From positions 2,272,001 to 2,336,000 of the forward strand of contig OY759316.1 in NCBI GenBank assembly GCA_963662275.1: a stretch of DNA of 64,000 bases, written 5' to 3'. Origin of the DNA: Candidatus Cloacimonadales bacterium. GTDB taxonomy: Bacteria; Cloacimonadota; Cloacimonadia; Cloacimonadales; DAONDQ01. This document shows, piece by piece, positions 50,057 through 59,393 of this stretch. Numbering within the stretch: the stretch's first letter is position 1; every line of letters begins with the position of its first letter. The notes under the pieces are model-generated. The model was given only the letters and a program-made list of their open reading frames with translations. It was not told where the DNA came from and did not search any database. The position numbers and the translations under genes are program-made.

Positions 50057-51493
50057 ATGAAGGTCATTTTAAGTCTAATCATCACATGCACAATTCTCTC
50101 AACACTAAGCGGAACCAGCATTGGATATGATATTGGTAACTTTAGACCTATGGATTTGCAGGAATATTCCCTGGCTCCCTATATTTCTAATAATACTGAG
50201 TATGTAGATGTAAAAGGCTATGGCTATGGCTCAGGCCAGGATAATGGACTTTCCCTTAAAGGTTTATTGAAGCTGGTAAAACCAAATCATGAATTACTTG
50301 TTTCTACCGATGATAACGCTTTAATGACCGCATCAAAAAACAGTAATTACCTTTCCTCTTACTATAAGAATAGTAAATATGGACAAAAGTCAATTTTTTA
50401 TTCTTATGATATTCTATGGCAGAAAGGTTTATCTTCTTCAAATCAAATAGAATACAGAAAATACAACGATAAGCATTTTGTAGGTCTTGAATTTACTAAT
50501 TCATACGAATATTCAGATAGCAAGGAGAAAGATGCTTATTCTTTCAGTGAAAACGTTCTGGTTAAATACTGGTCTCTTCAAAACAGTTTGGCTGCTGCAA
50601 TCGGAGTAGGAAGACTTTATGAATGCCAGGAAGCGTATACTGCCTGGTATTTCTTCAAAGAGCTGGAAAAGAATGGCTTCCTAAATAAACAGTACACTGC
50701 AGAAGACATTGATGAGATCGCCACAACACTCTATAAACTCAGGTCATTACATGAAATCGATTCCCGCCGGAATTATGTAACAAAAGCGACCATTCTCATG
50801 GATGAACTGAAGTCGAAAGAGTATATCAGAGCTGGTACTGATACAAAAGCAGCAGCCACACTCATGGAATTATGGCAACAGGGTGATAAGGCTGAAAGAC
50901 TTACAGGGACTCGATGTGAAATCAAACCATTCATTTCAATCACTGATTATGTAAGGAAAGATATTTTTGAGTACGAAGATTCAAATACATCTGAGAGCAT
51001 GGAGAGATTCTACCAGTTTGATGGTGGTATGGAACTGGCACTCAGATATGAACGACCATTTCATAATATCTTCCAAATGAGCAGTAAATTAAGTCTAGAA
51101 CAGGGATTTTATGATTCTTTTTACAAAGAAGATTATGATGGAACAACGAGGGTGAATTGGAAACCTTTTACTCATATAAACGCATATTATACAATCTCTT
51201 GCTATCCCGACTGTCGTAGCCATATTTCCCTGGGGATGAATTCACATTACTTCATAAAGAACTTATCAAGTGCTCAATTATCCGGGGATTATTTGTCATT
51301 CCTCTGGTATCGCGACTATACTCAGCAATTCGACACAAGTGTAGCTCTCAATACTAATTACCTGATAACCTCTAGACTGTATCTCAATGGCAATATCTCT
51401 GGTGCATTTAAACATATGCGGAGAATTGATGACTTTGTTTACCAGCCATCTTCTTTTAATGCTTCTTTGAACCTGGAGTATAGAATATACTAG
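50057..51493 (+). CDS. hypothetical secreted/outer-membrane beta-barrel-like protein
   Basis: GGAGG RBS, signal peptide, Tyr/Ser-rich amphipathic strands, terminal LNLEYRIY. Confidence 0.7.
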   Translation: MKVILSLIITCTILSTLSGTSIGYDIGNFRPMDLQEYSLAPYISNNTEYVDVKGYGYGSGQDNGLSLKGLLKLVKPNHELLVSTDDNALMTASKNSNYLSSYYKNSKYGQKSIFYSYDILWQKGLSSSNQIEYRKYNDKHFVGLEFTNSYEYSDSKEKDAYSFSENVLVKYWSLQNSLAAAIGVGRLYECQEAYTAWYFFKELEKNGFLNKQYTAEDIDEIATTLYKLRSLHEIDSRRNYVTKATILMDELKSKEYIRAGTDTKAAATLMELWQQGDKAERLTGTRCEIKPFISITDYVRKDIFEYEDSNTSESMERFYQFDGGMELALRYERPFHNIFQMSSKLSLEQGFYDSFYKEDYDGTTRVNWKPFTHINAYYTISCYPDCRSHISLGMNSHYFIKNLSSAQLSGDYLSFLWYRDYTQQFDTSVALNTNYLITSRLYLNGNISGAFKHMRRIDDFVYQPSSFNASLNLEYRIY

Positions 51494-52512
51494 AATTACG
51501 AATTATGAATTAGCAGAGAAGGGGAGAGCTAGTTCTGGTCTTCTCTTCAAATCTTCATCATCCGAGCAGACGTTGAAAGCAATTCAACAACCACAGACAT
51601 TTCGACTATGCTCAATGACCGGAAATCGGCGTTCCGTATACTCTCCCAATCTTATATCTTCAATTCCGCTCTCTCCCCAATTTGTAATTCGTAATTCTCT
51701 GCCTCTTTCTCTGTCACTTTTAGTTTTTAGCTTGTAGTTATTAGATGTCCCTTCTTCTTCTGCCTCTTTCTCTGTCACTTTTAGTTTTTAGCTTTTGTTA
51801 TTAGATGTCCCTTCTTCTTCTGACTCTTCCCAAGAAAATAGGAAATTCAGCTTCATAGCGTTCTTAGACCTTGAAAACGATATGGTACGATTGCTATATC
51901 ATTACGGTACAAATACGGTTTTTTACCGTAATGCTACCGTATTGCTACCGTATTGCTACCGTAATGCTCTTAGGGGAGCTACGTCCTGCGGACTAACGTA
52001 GCGCATTCTTCAAGTATATGTCTGCCAGTTGAAACTGTATAGCCGTTTGGAAAAAGCGTTCCGGAAAAGCAAGGTAAACCATGCTGCCACGTTACCTGAA
52101 GGAAACAACCACCGACCATGTAACCTGAAGGATACCACGACTGGTCGGTGGTCACTGCTTCAGCTTGTGGGTAATGTTCTTCAGGTCATTATATGCTCAG
52201 CGTTACAGATACTTACTGAAGTGTAGGGTTTGCGGAAGTAAACCCATTCTGGTATTTTAAGGCTTGCATATTGACTTTTACGTTTTTGAAGAAGGGTTTA
52301 CTTCCGCAAACCCCTACATTTCCCCAGGAAGGACTTCCAAGGCTAGCAGAGTTGCGTCCTACGGACTAACGTAGCAACCACTTCAGGTAATGCTAACACC
52401 TAGCACCTAGCACCTAAAACCTAACACCTAGCACTTGTTCCCTATTCCCTGCCTGCTGTACACTGTACCCTGTTCCCTGTTCCCTGTACGCTGTACGCTA
52501 TCCCCTATTCCC
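51492..52512. repeat. intergenic repeat mosaic
   Basis: Inverted AATTACG/AATTCGT arrays (51492-51698), 61-bp tandem duplication (51698-51828), 11-mers (51900-51968), REP-like hairpins, inverted REP pair (52223-52317), heptamer array (52394-52512). Confidence 0.85.
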
Positions 52513-52585
52513 TCCTCCTTCCTTTTTTTCATTGACATAGGATAGGGCTATTTCAAATTACCATTTGTTAGAAAAGGAGTTTTAT

Positions 52586-52903
52586 ATGTCTAATCAACCT
52601 CAACAACCCCAGCAGCTAAATATCCAAATTGATGAGAAAGTCGGTGAAGGTGTTTATTCCAATTTATTCGTCATAACTCATTCTCCATCCGAATTCATTA
52701 TTGATTTTGGTCGTGTCGTCCCAGGTATTCCAAATGCCAAGATTTACAGTCGTGTATTAACTACTCCAACCCATGCTAAACAGCTAATGATGCTTTTACA
52801 GCAAAATATTGAAGCGTATGAAAAGCAGAATGGTGAGATCAAATTTGCCGGTCAACCAGAGAATAAAGCGGTAGGCTTCAAGAGTGTTGGACAAAATTCT
52901 TGA
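52586..52903 (+). CDS. DUF3467 domain protein
   Basis: EGVYSNL..ITHSPSEFIIDF...SRV..TP.HAK; ATG 52586 after AAGGAG, TTGACA at 52532. Confidence 0.85.
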   Translation: MSNQPQQPQQLNIQIDEKVGEGVYSNLFVITHSPSEFIIDFGRVVPGIPNAKIYSRVLTTPTHAKQLMMLLQQNIEAYEKQNGEIKFAGQPENKAVGFKSVGQNS

Positions 52904-52944
52904 CTCAAAGAGAGCATATTAAGAGTTTGATTTAATTCAGAAAG

Positions 52945-53152
52945 AATCCCAGCCGTGCCGTATATTAAAGGTGGAAAATGAAGCTTAATAATCATTTACA
53001 ACTGCAGGACTCCGCTTCGATTATCAGAAGCAGGATGAAGTATACTGCCCATCAGCAAAGGACATACTGGCTCTATGCAGTCATCTGTTCACTGATCGCT
53101 ACAATTATGACGCGATTTGATAGCAGAAAGTTTTACCCGGCTGACAGGGATG
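52945..53152 (+). ncRNA. ssrS: candidate 6S RNA
   Basis: Ends pair (ATCCCAGCCG/CGGCTGACAGGGAT), GGTGGAA/TTTTACC stem with G-U pairs, A-rich central bubble, ACTGCA/TGCAGT inner stem; extended -10 TGaTTTAAT at 52928-52936; about 207 nt. Confidence 0.5.
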
Positions 53153-53333
53153 TATTGGGACTTGGTTTTGCGATTGTAAATACAAATCCGTTCGGAGTGG
53201 ATCATTTAGAAAACCACGTTCTTAGGTTATAGACAGCTATCCAACAGATTCAATCGAATTAGTTACTATATTTCCATACTTTTTAAAAATTAAATATCAA
53301 TAAAATAGAACAATAAAGAGGGAGTAGAAGCGA

Positions 53334-54998
53334 ATGAAACAATCGAGATTCCGTGGCATAGCTATCCTCATATTCATCTTGGCAACCGTATTTTTTATGA
53401 TTCCGAATATCATGCAAATGGTTTCACCGGATTCTGTTAAATACTTGCCTGACTTCTGGGGAAGCAAAAAGCTAAAATTAGGGTTGGACTTGCGTGGTGG
53501 AATGCAAATCCTCCTGGATGTAGACACATCCAAATTACCTGAAAAAGAAAAAGATGGCGCAGTCAAATCTGCGATTGAAGTGATCCGCAACCGTATCGAT
53601 CAATTCGGTGTTGCAGAACCTTCAATTCAACGTGTTGGAACAAGCCGTATCATGGTTCAATTGCCTGGTTTGAAGGAAATTAACAGGGCAAAAGATCTTA
53701 TTGGTAAAACAGCATTGTTGGAATTCAAAATGGTTGCAGAAAGCGACCAGATCAAAAACGTCATGAATGCTATGGATGTTTTCCTCTCTAGCAATATTGA
53801 TCGGTATCGTTATCTGAATAAATATGATGAAAAATCTAAGGAACCCAAGAAATCAGGTAATGCAGCTTCAGATATTCTGAAAAATACTGCTGCTCCTGCT
53901 GACAGCAATAAAGCTCAAATTGATTCTTTACTCGCTGCTGATTCAGGTCATATTTTCACAAATCTAACTGGCACGGGAAAAGAAAACGGAACGGTTTCTT
54001 ATGAAGATGTAGATCTTGTACAAGCTCTATTAAAAGATTCTTTGTTTATCCAGGCAGTACCTTCCGGTTTCCAAATTGCTCTAGGAAAAGAAGACAAAAA
54101 CGATCCGAAAGCAGATCGTGAAATATATGTATTGTTTTCCAATGCCGAAGTGACAGGTAAATATCTGTCAAATGCACAAACAAAGATAGGTTCAGGTTAT
54201 GATCCTAAAACAGCAAATAAACCCTATATCAGTTTTAAATTCAACCGTGAAGGCGCAAAGAAATTTGATCGTCTAACCGGTGATAATATCAAGAAACGCT
54301 TGGCAATTGTACTCGATGGTATCGTTTATGTAGCTCCTACGATTCAAGATCGTATTTCTCGTGGTGAAGGGCAAATCACAGGTAACTTTACACTTGAAGA
54401 AACAAACGACCTTGTTATCGTATTGAAAGCCGGTAATCTTCCAGCTCCTGTCAGTATTGCCGAAGAAAGAACTGTTGGTTCCACTCTTGGTTCTGACAGT
54501 ATAAAGGCTGGAGCAATGGCTACAGGAATGGCATTTTTATTCATCGTATTATTTATGCTTGTATATTACGGTTTTTCCGGATTGTTAGCCGACTTTGCCT
54601 TATTGATCAACATATTCTTCATCATGGCGATGATGTCTATGTTCCAGGCAACCTTAACGTTACCGGGTATTGCAGGTATTATTCTTACATTTGGTATGGC
54701 TGTTGATGCGAATGTGCTTATCTTTGAAAGAATTCGTGAAGAGCTGAAAGCAGGTAAAACAGTCAGAAGTGCTGTTGAATCAGGCTTTAGCCGTGCGATG
54801 GTCACGATCTGGGACTCTAATCTCACGACCTTGATCGCAGCAGCAGTTCTCTATCAATTTGGTACAGGCCCGATTCGGGGCTTTGCTGTTACACTTTCCA
54901 TAGGTATTCTTGGTTCCATGTTCTGTGCTATCGTGATTGTGAAAGCGATCTTCGATAACTTTGTGACTAAGAATAATCCTTCCAAATTGAGCGTTTAG
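53334..54998 (+). CDS. secD: protein translocase subunit SecD
   Basis: LGLDLRGG, RIDQFGVAEP, TLPGIAG..LT.GMAVDANVLIFERIREE. Confidence 0.97.
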   Translation: MKQSRFRGIAILIFILATVFFMIPNIMQMVSPDSVKYLPDFWGSKKLKLGLDLRGGMQILLDVDTSKLPEKEKDGAVKSAIEVIRNRIDQFGVAEPSIQRVGTSRIMVQLPGLKEINRAKDLIGKTALLEFKMVAESDQIKNVMNAMDVFLSSNIDRYRYLNKYDEKSKEPKKSGNAASDILKNTAAPADSNKAQIDSLLAADSGHIFTNLTGTGKENGTVSYEDVDLVQALLKDSLFIQAVPSGFQIALGKEDKNDPKADREIYVLFSNAEVTGKYLSNAQTKIGSGYDPKTANKPYISFKFNREGAKKFDRLTGDNIKKRLAIVLDGIVYVAPTIQDRISRGEGQITGNFTLEETNDLVIVLKAGNLPAPVSIAEERTVGSTLGSDSIKAGAMATGMAFLFIVLFMLVYYGFSGLLADFALLINIFFIMAMMSMFQATLTLPGIAGIILTFGMAVDANVLIFERIREELKAGKTVRSAVESGFSRAMVTIWDSNLTTLIAAAVLYQFGTGPIRGFAVTLSIGILGSMFCAIVIVKAIFDNFVTKNNPSKLSV

Positions 54999-55006
54999 GG
55001 GGAAGC

Positions 55007-55963
55007 ATGAAATTATTCGAAAACACAAACGTAAAGTTCATCCAGAACCGTAAGTGGGCATACTTATTATCAAGTATCGTTATTATAGCCGGATTAGTAT
55101 CCTTAGCTGTGAAAGGTGGACCAAGATTCAGCATCGATTTTACCGGTGGTGTTTCTCTTGAACTAAATTTATCACCTATACACCAGGGAACGAAACCGAT
55201 ACATATCGATCAAATACGTAAAGTTCTAAAAGAAAAGGGAGTCCAGGATGCGGAAATCCAGAAAATTGGTGATCCTAATGCGTCAATCTTCCTGATCAAA
55301 GCCAAGAAACGTGATCCAAAAGAAGTTCAGATTGTTGAGATTTTGAAGAAGAACTTCCCTGAATATACGAATAAATCTGAACAAGATTTGATTCGACTAC
55401 AGGAAGAAGTGGGACCCAAAGTCGGTGCAGAATTAAAAGTACAGGCAATCAAGGCAGTTCTAATCTCATTCCTATTAATGATCATCTACATCTGGTTCAG
55501 GTTTGAACTTACCTTTGGTATTGCTGCTGTTTTGGCATTAGTCCACGACATCCTCATCACCGTGGGTATTTTCTCCCTGCTTGACAAAGAGATTAGTGTC
55601 ACTATTATCGCAGCGTTGTTGACCATTGTCGGTTTCTCCATCAACGATACAATCGTTATCTATGATCGTATTCGTGAAGATATGAAGATTTATCGCAAGG
55701 ATACAACTGACATTGTCTTTAATAATGCAATCAACCGTACATTGAGCAGAACAGTCATAACATCAGGAACTGTGTTCTTGTGTATTGTTTCCCTGCTTCT
55801 TTTTGGCGGGTCAGTCATTCGCGACTTCGGTTGGGCAATGCTCATCGGTGTTGTCTCCGGTACTTATTCTTCCGTTCTTGTGGCTAGTCCACTTGTGGTT
55901 GATTACTACCGCATTCGTGGCTTAAAAGACAAAGACATCAAGACCTTCAAGAAAAAGAAATAA
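55007..55963 (+). CDS. secF: protein translocase subunit SecF
   Basis: IDFTGG, VGPKVG.EL, GFSINDTIVIYDRIRE, GTYSS. Confidence 0.97.
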   Translation: MKLFENTNVKFIQNRKWAYLLSSIVIIAGLVSLAVKGGPRFSIDFTGGVSLELNLSPIHQGTKPIHIDQIRKVLKEKGVQDAEIQKIGDPNASIFLIKAKKRDPKEVQIVEILKKNFPEYTNKSEQDLIRLQEEVGPKVGAELKVQAIKAVLISFLLMIIYIWFRFELTFGIAAVLALVHDILITVGIFSLLDKEISVTIIAALLTIVGFSINDTIVIYDRIREDMKIYRKDTTDIVFNNAINRTLSRTVITSGTVFLCIVSLLLFGGSVIRDFGWAMLIGVVSGTYSSVLVASPLVVDYYRIRGLKDKDIKTFKKKK

Positions 55964-56012
55964 CAAATTCTGACTTGTTCGACTAAAGATTGAACAGGTA
56001 TGGAACGAATAT

Positions 56013-56039
56013 AAACCCCGCTAGCCAGCGGGGTTTTTT
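56013..56039 (+). terminator. intrinsic terminator after secF
   Basis: AAACCCCGCT/AGCGGGGTTT plus T-tract. Confidence 0.85.
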
Positions 56040-56126
56040 CTTTCCCTAAACGGAAGACTATTAATCTCCGCGGATTGTCATAATTCTAACATTGACAAAA
56101 TACTTCGTTCTTGCCTTAAGTGAAGT

Positions 56127-56924
56127 ATGATAAATGAAAGATCTACATTCAAACCTAAGAGAGCTTTCGGTCAGCATTTCCTGACCGATCAGAATATCGT
56201 CCACAAGATTGTTATAGAGTCAGGTGTTAAACCTGGAGATGATGTTTGGGAAGTCGGCGGAGGAAAAGGAATCTTAACAGAAGCTCTACTGCAAACAGGA
56301 TGCCATCTCACAGTTTTTGAAATCGATTACAATTTGCAGGAATACTTGGAACGGACATTTGGTAATCGTATAAACCTTGTTGCAAAGGATGTTTTGAAAG
56401 CAAATTGGGAAACGATGTTTACAAATCATCCTGTTAGCGTAGTAGCCAATATTCCTTATCAAATCACTTCTCCCCTATTGTTCAGGATTGCCAAATATCA
56501 TACTCATTTCGATAAAGTAGTTATCATGATCCAAAAAGAAGTTGCCCAACGCATGGTGGCACATCCGAACACAAAGGATTATGGTATATTGACCTTGAAG
56601 ATGCAGTATTACTTCCATATTGAATTGCTCTTTAAAGTACCTCCTACTGTATTTTCACCACCTCCAAAAGTTGACTCAGCCGTTATATGCATGACCCCAC
56701 GTTTGAATAAACCAGAAATACCGGAGATAGATAAATTCTGGAAACTTGTCGAAATTGCTTTTCAACAGCGACGTAAAATGCTTAGAAATAATGTTAAATA
56801 CTTAGTAACAGAAGAACAGTTCCAACAATTAACCCAAACAACTCCTATTGATCTGCAACGTCGTGGTGAATCACTTGATGAACAAGAGTTTATTCAACTG
56901 TTTCGTGCTATTGAGCTTCTGTAG
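56127..56924 (+). CDS. rsmA: 16S rRNA m6,6A dimethyltransferase
   Basis: FGQHFL, ANIPYQIT, QKEVA.R, F.PPPKVDS, QRRKML. Confidence 0.96.
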   Translation: MINERSTFKPKRAFGQHFLTDQNIVHKIVIESGVKPGDDVWEVGGGKGILTEALLQTGCHLTVFEIDYNLQEYLERTFGNRINLVAKDVLKANWETMFTNHPVSVVANIPYQITSPLLFRIAKYHTHFDKVVIMIQKEVAQRMVAHPNTKDYGILTLKMQYYFHIELLFKVPPTVFSPPPKVDSAVICMTPRLNKPEIPEIDKFWKLVEIAFQQRRKMLRNNVKYLVTEEQFQQLTQTTPIDLQRRGESLDEQEFIQLFRAIELL

Positions 56925-58668
56925 CTTTCTAAGTGCATTTAACAGTTTCGAAACTTATTACCACGAATATAATGCTAATCGTACCCTGGAACAGAGATTC
57001 TTTTATGACTTTATCCCTGCTCCGATGTGGATGATATCTCAACGCGGAAGTGTGGAATTCGGTAAGAATGATAAATTCCAGCAACTGGATAAAACCTATC
57101 ACTTAGTATGGTCAGTTACAAAAGCAAACCGATATGTTGACCAGGAATTTCACATGGGTTATGATTACCTCTACAATCGCAGCGCTCCCCTGGATGAGCA
57201 GGGAGTCACACGCATACATAGAAGAACAGCAGGTTATGATGTATTCTGGAAAATAGCGGACAGCCTTACAGTCGATAATGATCTCACTTATCATTACGAG
57301 GGAGAAGAAGATAGATTTCGGATAAGTCATACATTCATCAGTAAAGGATTACAGAATTCGCATGAAATCAATTATAATACAAACATGGGAATCCATAATA
57401 TTTCTCTACAGGCAAGTTACGATCAAACCGCATTGCAGTACCAATGGGGACGAAGGATTGCAGGAAACTGCTCCTGGTTATTTAATACAGAGAAGCAAAA
57501 CTGGACATCCAATTTTTCCTTTAATGATAATGAAGATAAAATTTTTACCTTGATACCTCATGAAAATTCTACATCCATCTATCAGCGTACGGATATACAA
57601 GACAGGAGAGCATATACTGCAAACTTCAATTATGCTCGGAATCTACCTTATGAGATTTCGATGAATCTTATGAACCAGGTTTCATATTTGAAAAATCGAA
57701 TGGATTTTGCGACTACGAAAAACAACTCAGATATGTCAAATTTCGCATCATTAACATTCAGAATGCCATTTTGGACGAATTTTAATTGCTTTATAACAAC
57801 TGAAAGCCAATATGAAAATAAAGAATTCCAACTAACAGCTAATTCCAGGACCATTGAGAATCGGCGAATTCAAAGCGGTGTAAGCTACAATTTTCGTGAT
57901 TCAGATTCACTCTATGCAATCCGAGATGTAGAACTGAATTCAACAGAATATAAAGCTTCCTATGGACTTGATAATGATATAGTAAAAGAATCTTGGCTTT
58001 ACGGCATCGAATCAAATTATAAACACAGAATTATCTGGAGAACTCTATACTCCCAAACATCCTGGAAAGAAGTTTACATTGATAGTGGATTATCCGGAAA
58101 TAATAGCCTAAGAACAAGTTATTACTTACAGCCGGGCATGGATTTCATTGTAGGTGATTGCATACTTTTACAACAGAATTATCAGATCAGGGCAGACTAT
58201 GATAACTTTACTTATAGTCATTTGCTCGATATTAAAGATCGTTTTTATCGTCAGATTATCGCCAGTTATAGAGCGGAATACAATGATTATCCCATCGTCA
58301 GGAGATATAATTTCCAAGCTTGGGAAAAGCTCCCATCCCGACTGATTAATATGAATTTCTTCTCCATTTCTGCTGGGATTCGATACGAGCATAACGAAAC
58401 GGGAGATAAGAATGGTAATATTTATGTAATATCAACTCAAAACAGTAATCTCGCCTTTGATATTACGTTACAGAAATTCTTCAAACACACTGAAGTCAAA
58501 CTGCGTCCTATGTACTCTTTTGGTGATATCCAGGAAATGGATGTATTAATCAGTACAAATTACAATATTCGAAATGATTCGTTTATTAAAATAAGTATCA
58601 ATCCAACCGGAAAACAATGGAGAAAGCTAATTTGGCGTGCCACAGTTGAACTGAGTTATGAGTACTAG
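56878..58668 (+). CDS. hypothetical outer-membrane beta-barrel-like protein
   Basis: Signal peptide MNKSLF..., aromatic-rich strands, terminal ELSYEY. Confidence 0.65.
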   Translation: MNKSLFNCFVLLSFCSFLSAFNSFETYYHEYNANRTLEQRFFYDFIPAPMWMISQRGSVEFGKNDKFQQLDKTYHLVWSVTKANRYVDQEFHMGYDYLYNRSAPLDEQGVTRIHRRTAGYDVFWKIADSLTVDNDLTYHYEGEEDRFRISHTFISKGLQNSHEINYNTNMGIHNISLQASYDQTALQYQWGRRIAGNCSWLFNTEKQNWTSNFSFNDNEDKIFTLIPHENSTSIYQRTDIQDRRAYTANFNYARNLPYEISMNLMNQVSYLKNRMDFATTKNNSDMSNFASLTFRMPFWTNFNCFITTESQYENKEFQLTANSRTIENRRIQSGVSYNFRDSDSLYAIRDVELNSTEYKASYGLDNDIVKESWLYGIESNYKHRIIWRTLYSQTSWKEVYIDSGLSGNNSLRTSYYLQPGMDFIVGDCILLQQNYQIRADYDNFTYSHLLDIKDRFYRQIIASYRAEYNDYPIVRRYNFQAWEKLPSRLINMNFFSISAGIRYEHNETGDKNGNIYVISTQNSNLAFDITLQKFFKHTEVKLRPMYSFGDIQEMDVLISTNYNIRNDSFIKISINPTGKQWRKLIWRATVELSYEY

Positions 58669-58685
58669 GGGAAAGGGGGTAGTCC

Positions 58686-59393
58686 CTACTCCCTACTGCC
58701 CACCTCCCATGGCTTCAGCAGGTAATGCTTCAATACTCTTTTCTTCAAACCCTTGAGATTCTCCTGTATTTTATCATTATATTCATCAAGAACACAATAT
58801 TCCTGAAAAGGAAGATTCAGCAAATTCGCAGTTTCCCTAATAACATCAATACCTTCAACGACAATCATTTCATCAGTAAATTCCATCAGATTTGTATTCG
58901 ATACTAATTGCGTTACTTTCAGCTTGGATGTGAATTCCAGATTGGTTAGCATCTGGATAATCTCTGGTGGTTGTGCTGTGAAAGGTCTTCGAGTATTAAT
59001 GACCAAACGCATCTGATAACCCCGATTAACAATCTCCTTCTCAAATCTGCCTAACGCTCTGCAACCCGCAGGATCGCCACCAACATCAAGTATGACTGTC
59101 TTGTTAGTGTTTTGAATTGCGCCTTTAATTTTAGGGGAAATCATTGGTACATCTGCATGACCATAGACACCTTCAGGGCTGATGACTTCTATGCCGATTT
59201 GAGCAAATTGCTCTTTCACATCACGACTGCGAAAGTAAGGGTTAACTACATCCAAATCGACAAGAACGACATCCAGACCTACCTGCTTGAAATCATAGGC
59301 AAGATTGATTGAGTATTCGCTTTTTCCGCTACCGAATGCTCCAATAACGATATAGAGATTTTGCTGTAATTCTGTGTTCAAATTAAACCTCAA
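58686..59393 (-). CDS. P-loop ATP-binding protein (MinD/ParA/CobQ-like)
   Basis: GAFGSGKSE, DLDVVNPYFRSR, DVGGD. Confidence 0.85.
   Translation of the reverse strand: MRFNLNTELQQNLYIVIGAFGSGKSEYSINLAYDFKQVGLDVVLVDLDVVNPYFRSRDVKEQFAQIGIEVISPEGVYGHADVPMISPKIKGAIQNTNKTVILDVGGDPAGCRALGRFEKEIVNRGYQMRLVINTRRPFTAQPPEIIQMLTNLEFTSKLKVTQLVSNTNLMEFTDEMIVVEGIDVIRETANLLNLPFQEYCVLDEYNDKIQENLKGLKKRVLKHYLLKPWEVGSRE

Noticed and set aside
51584..52226. Short ORFs 51584-51778, 51795-52001, 52029-52226
   Set aside because: Translations of repeat DNA with no RBS or recognisable domains
52978..53232. 84-aa ORF upstream of secD (yajC position)
   Set aside because: No YajC features, weak RBS, overlaps a better ncRNA candidate
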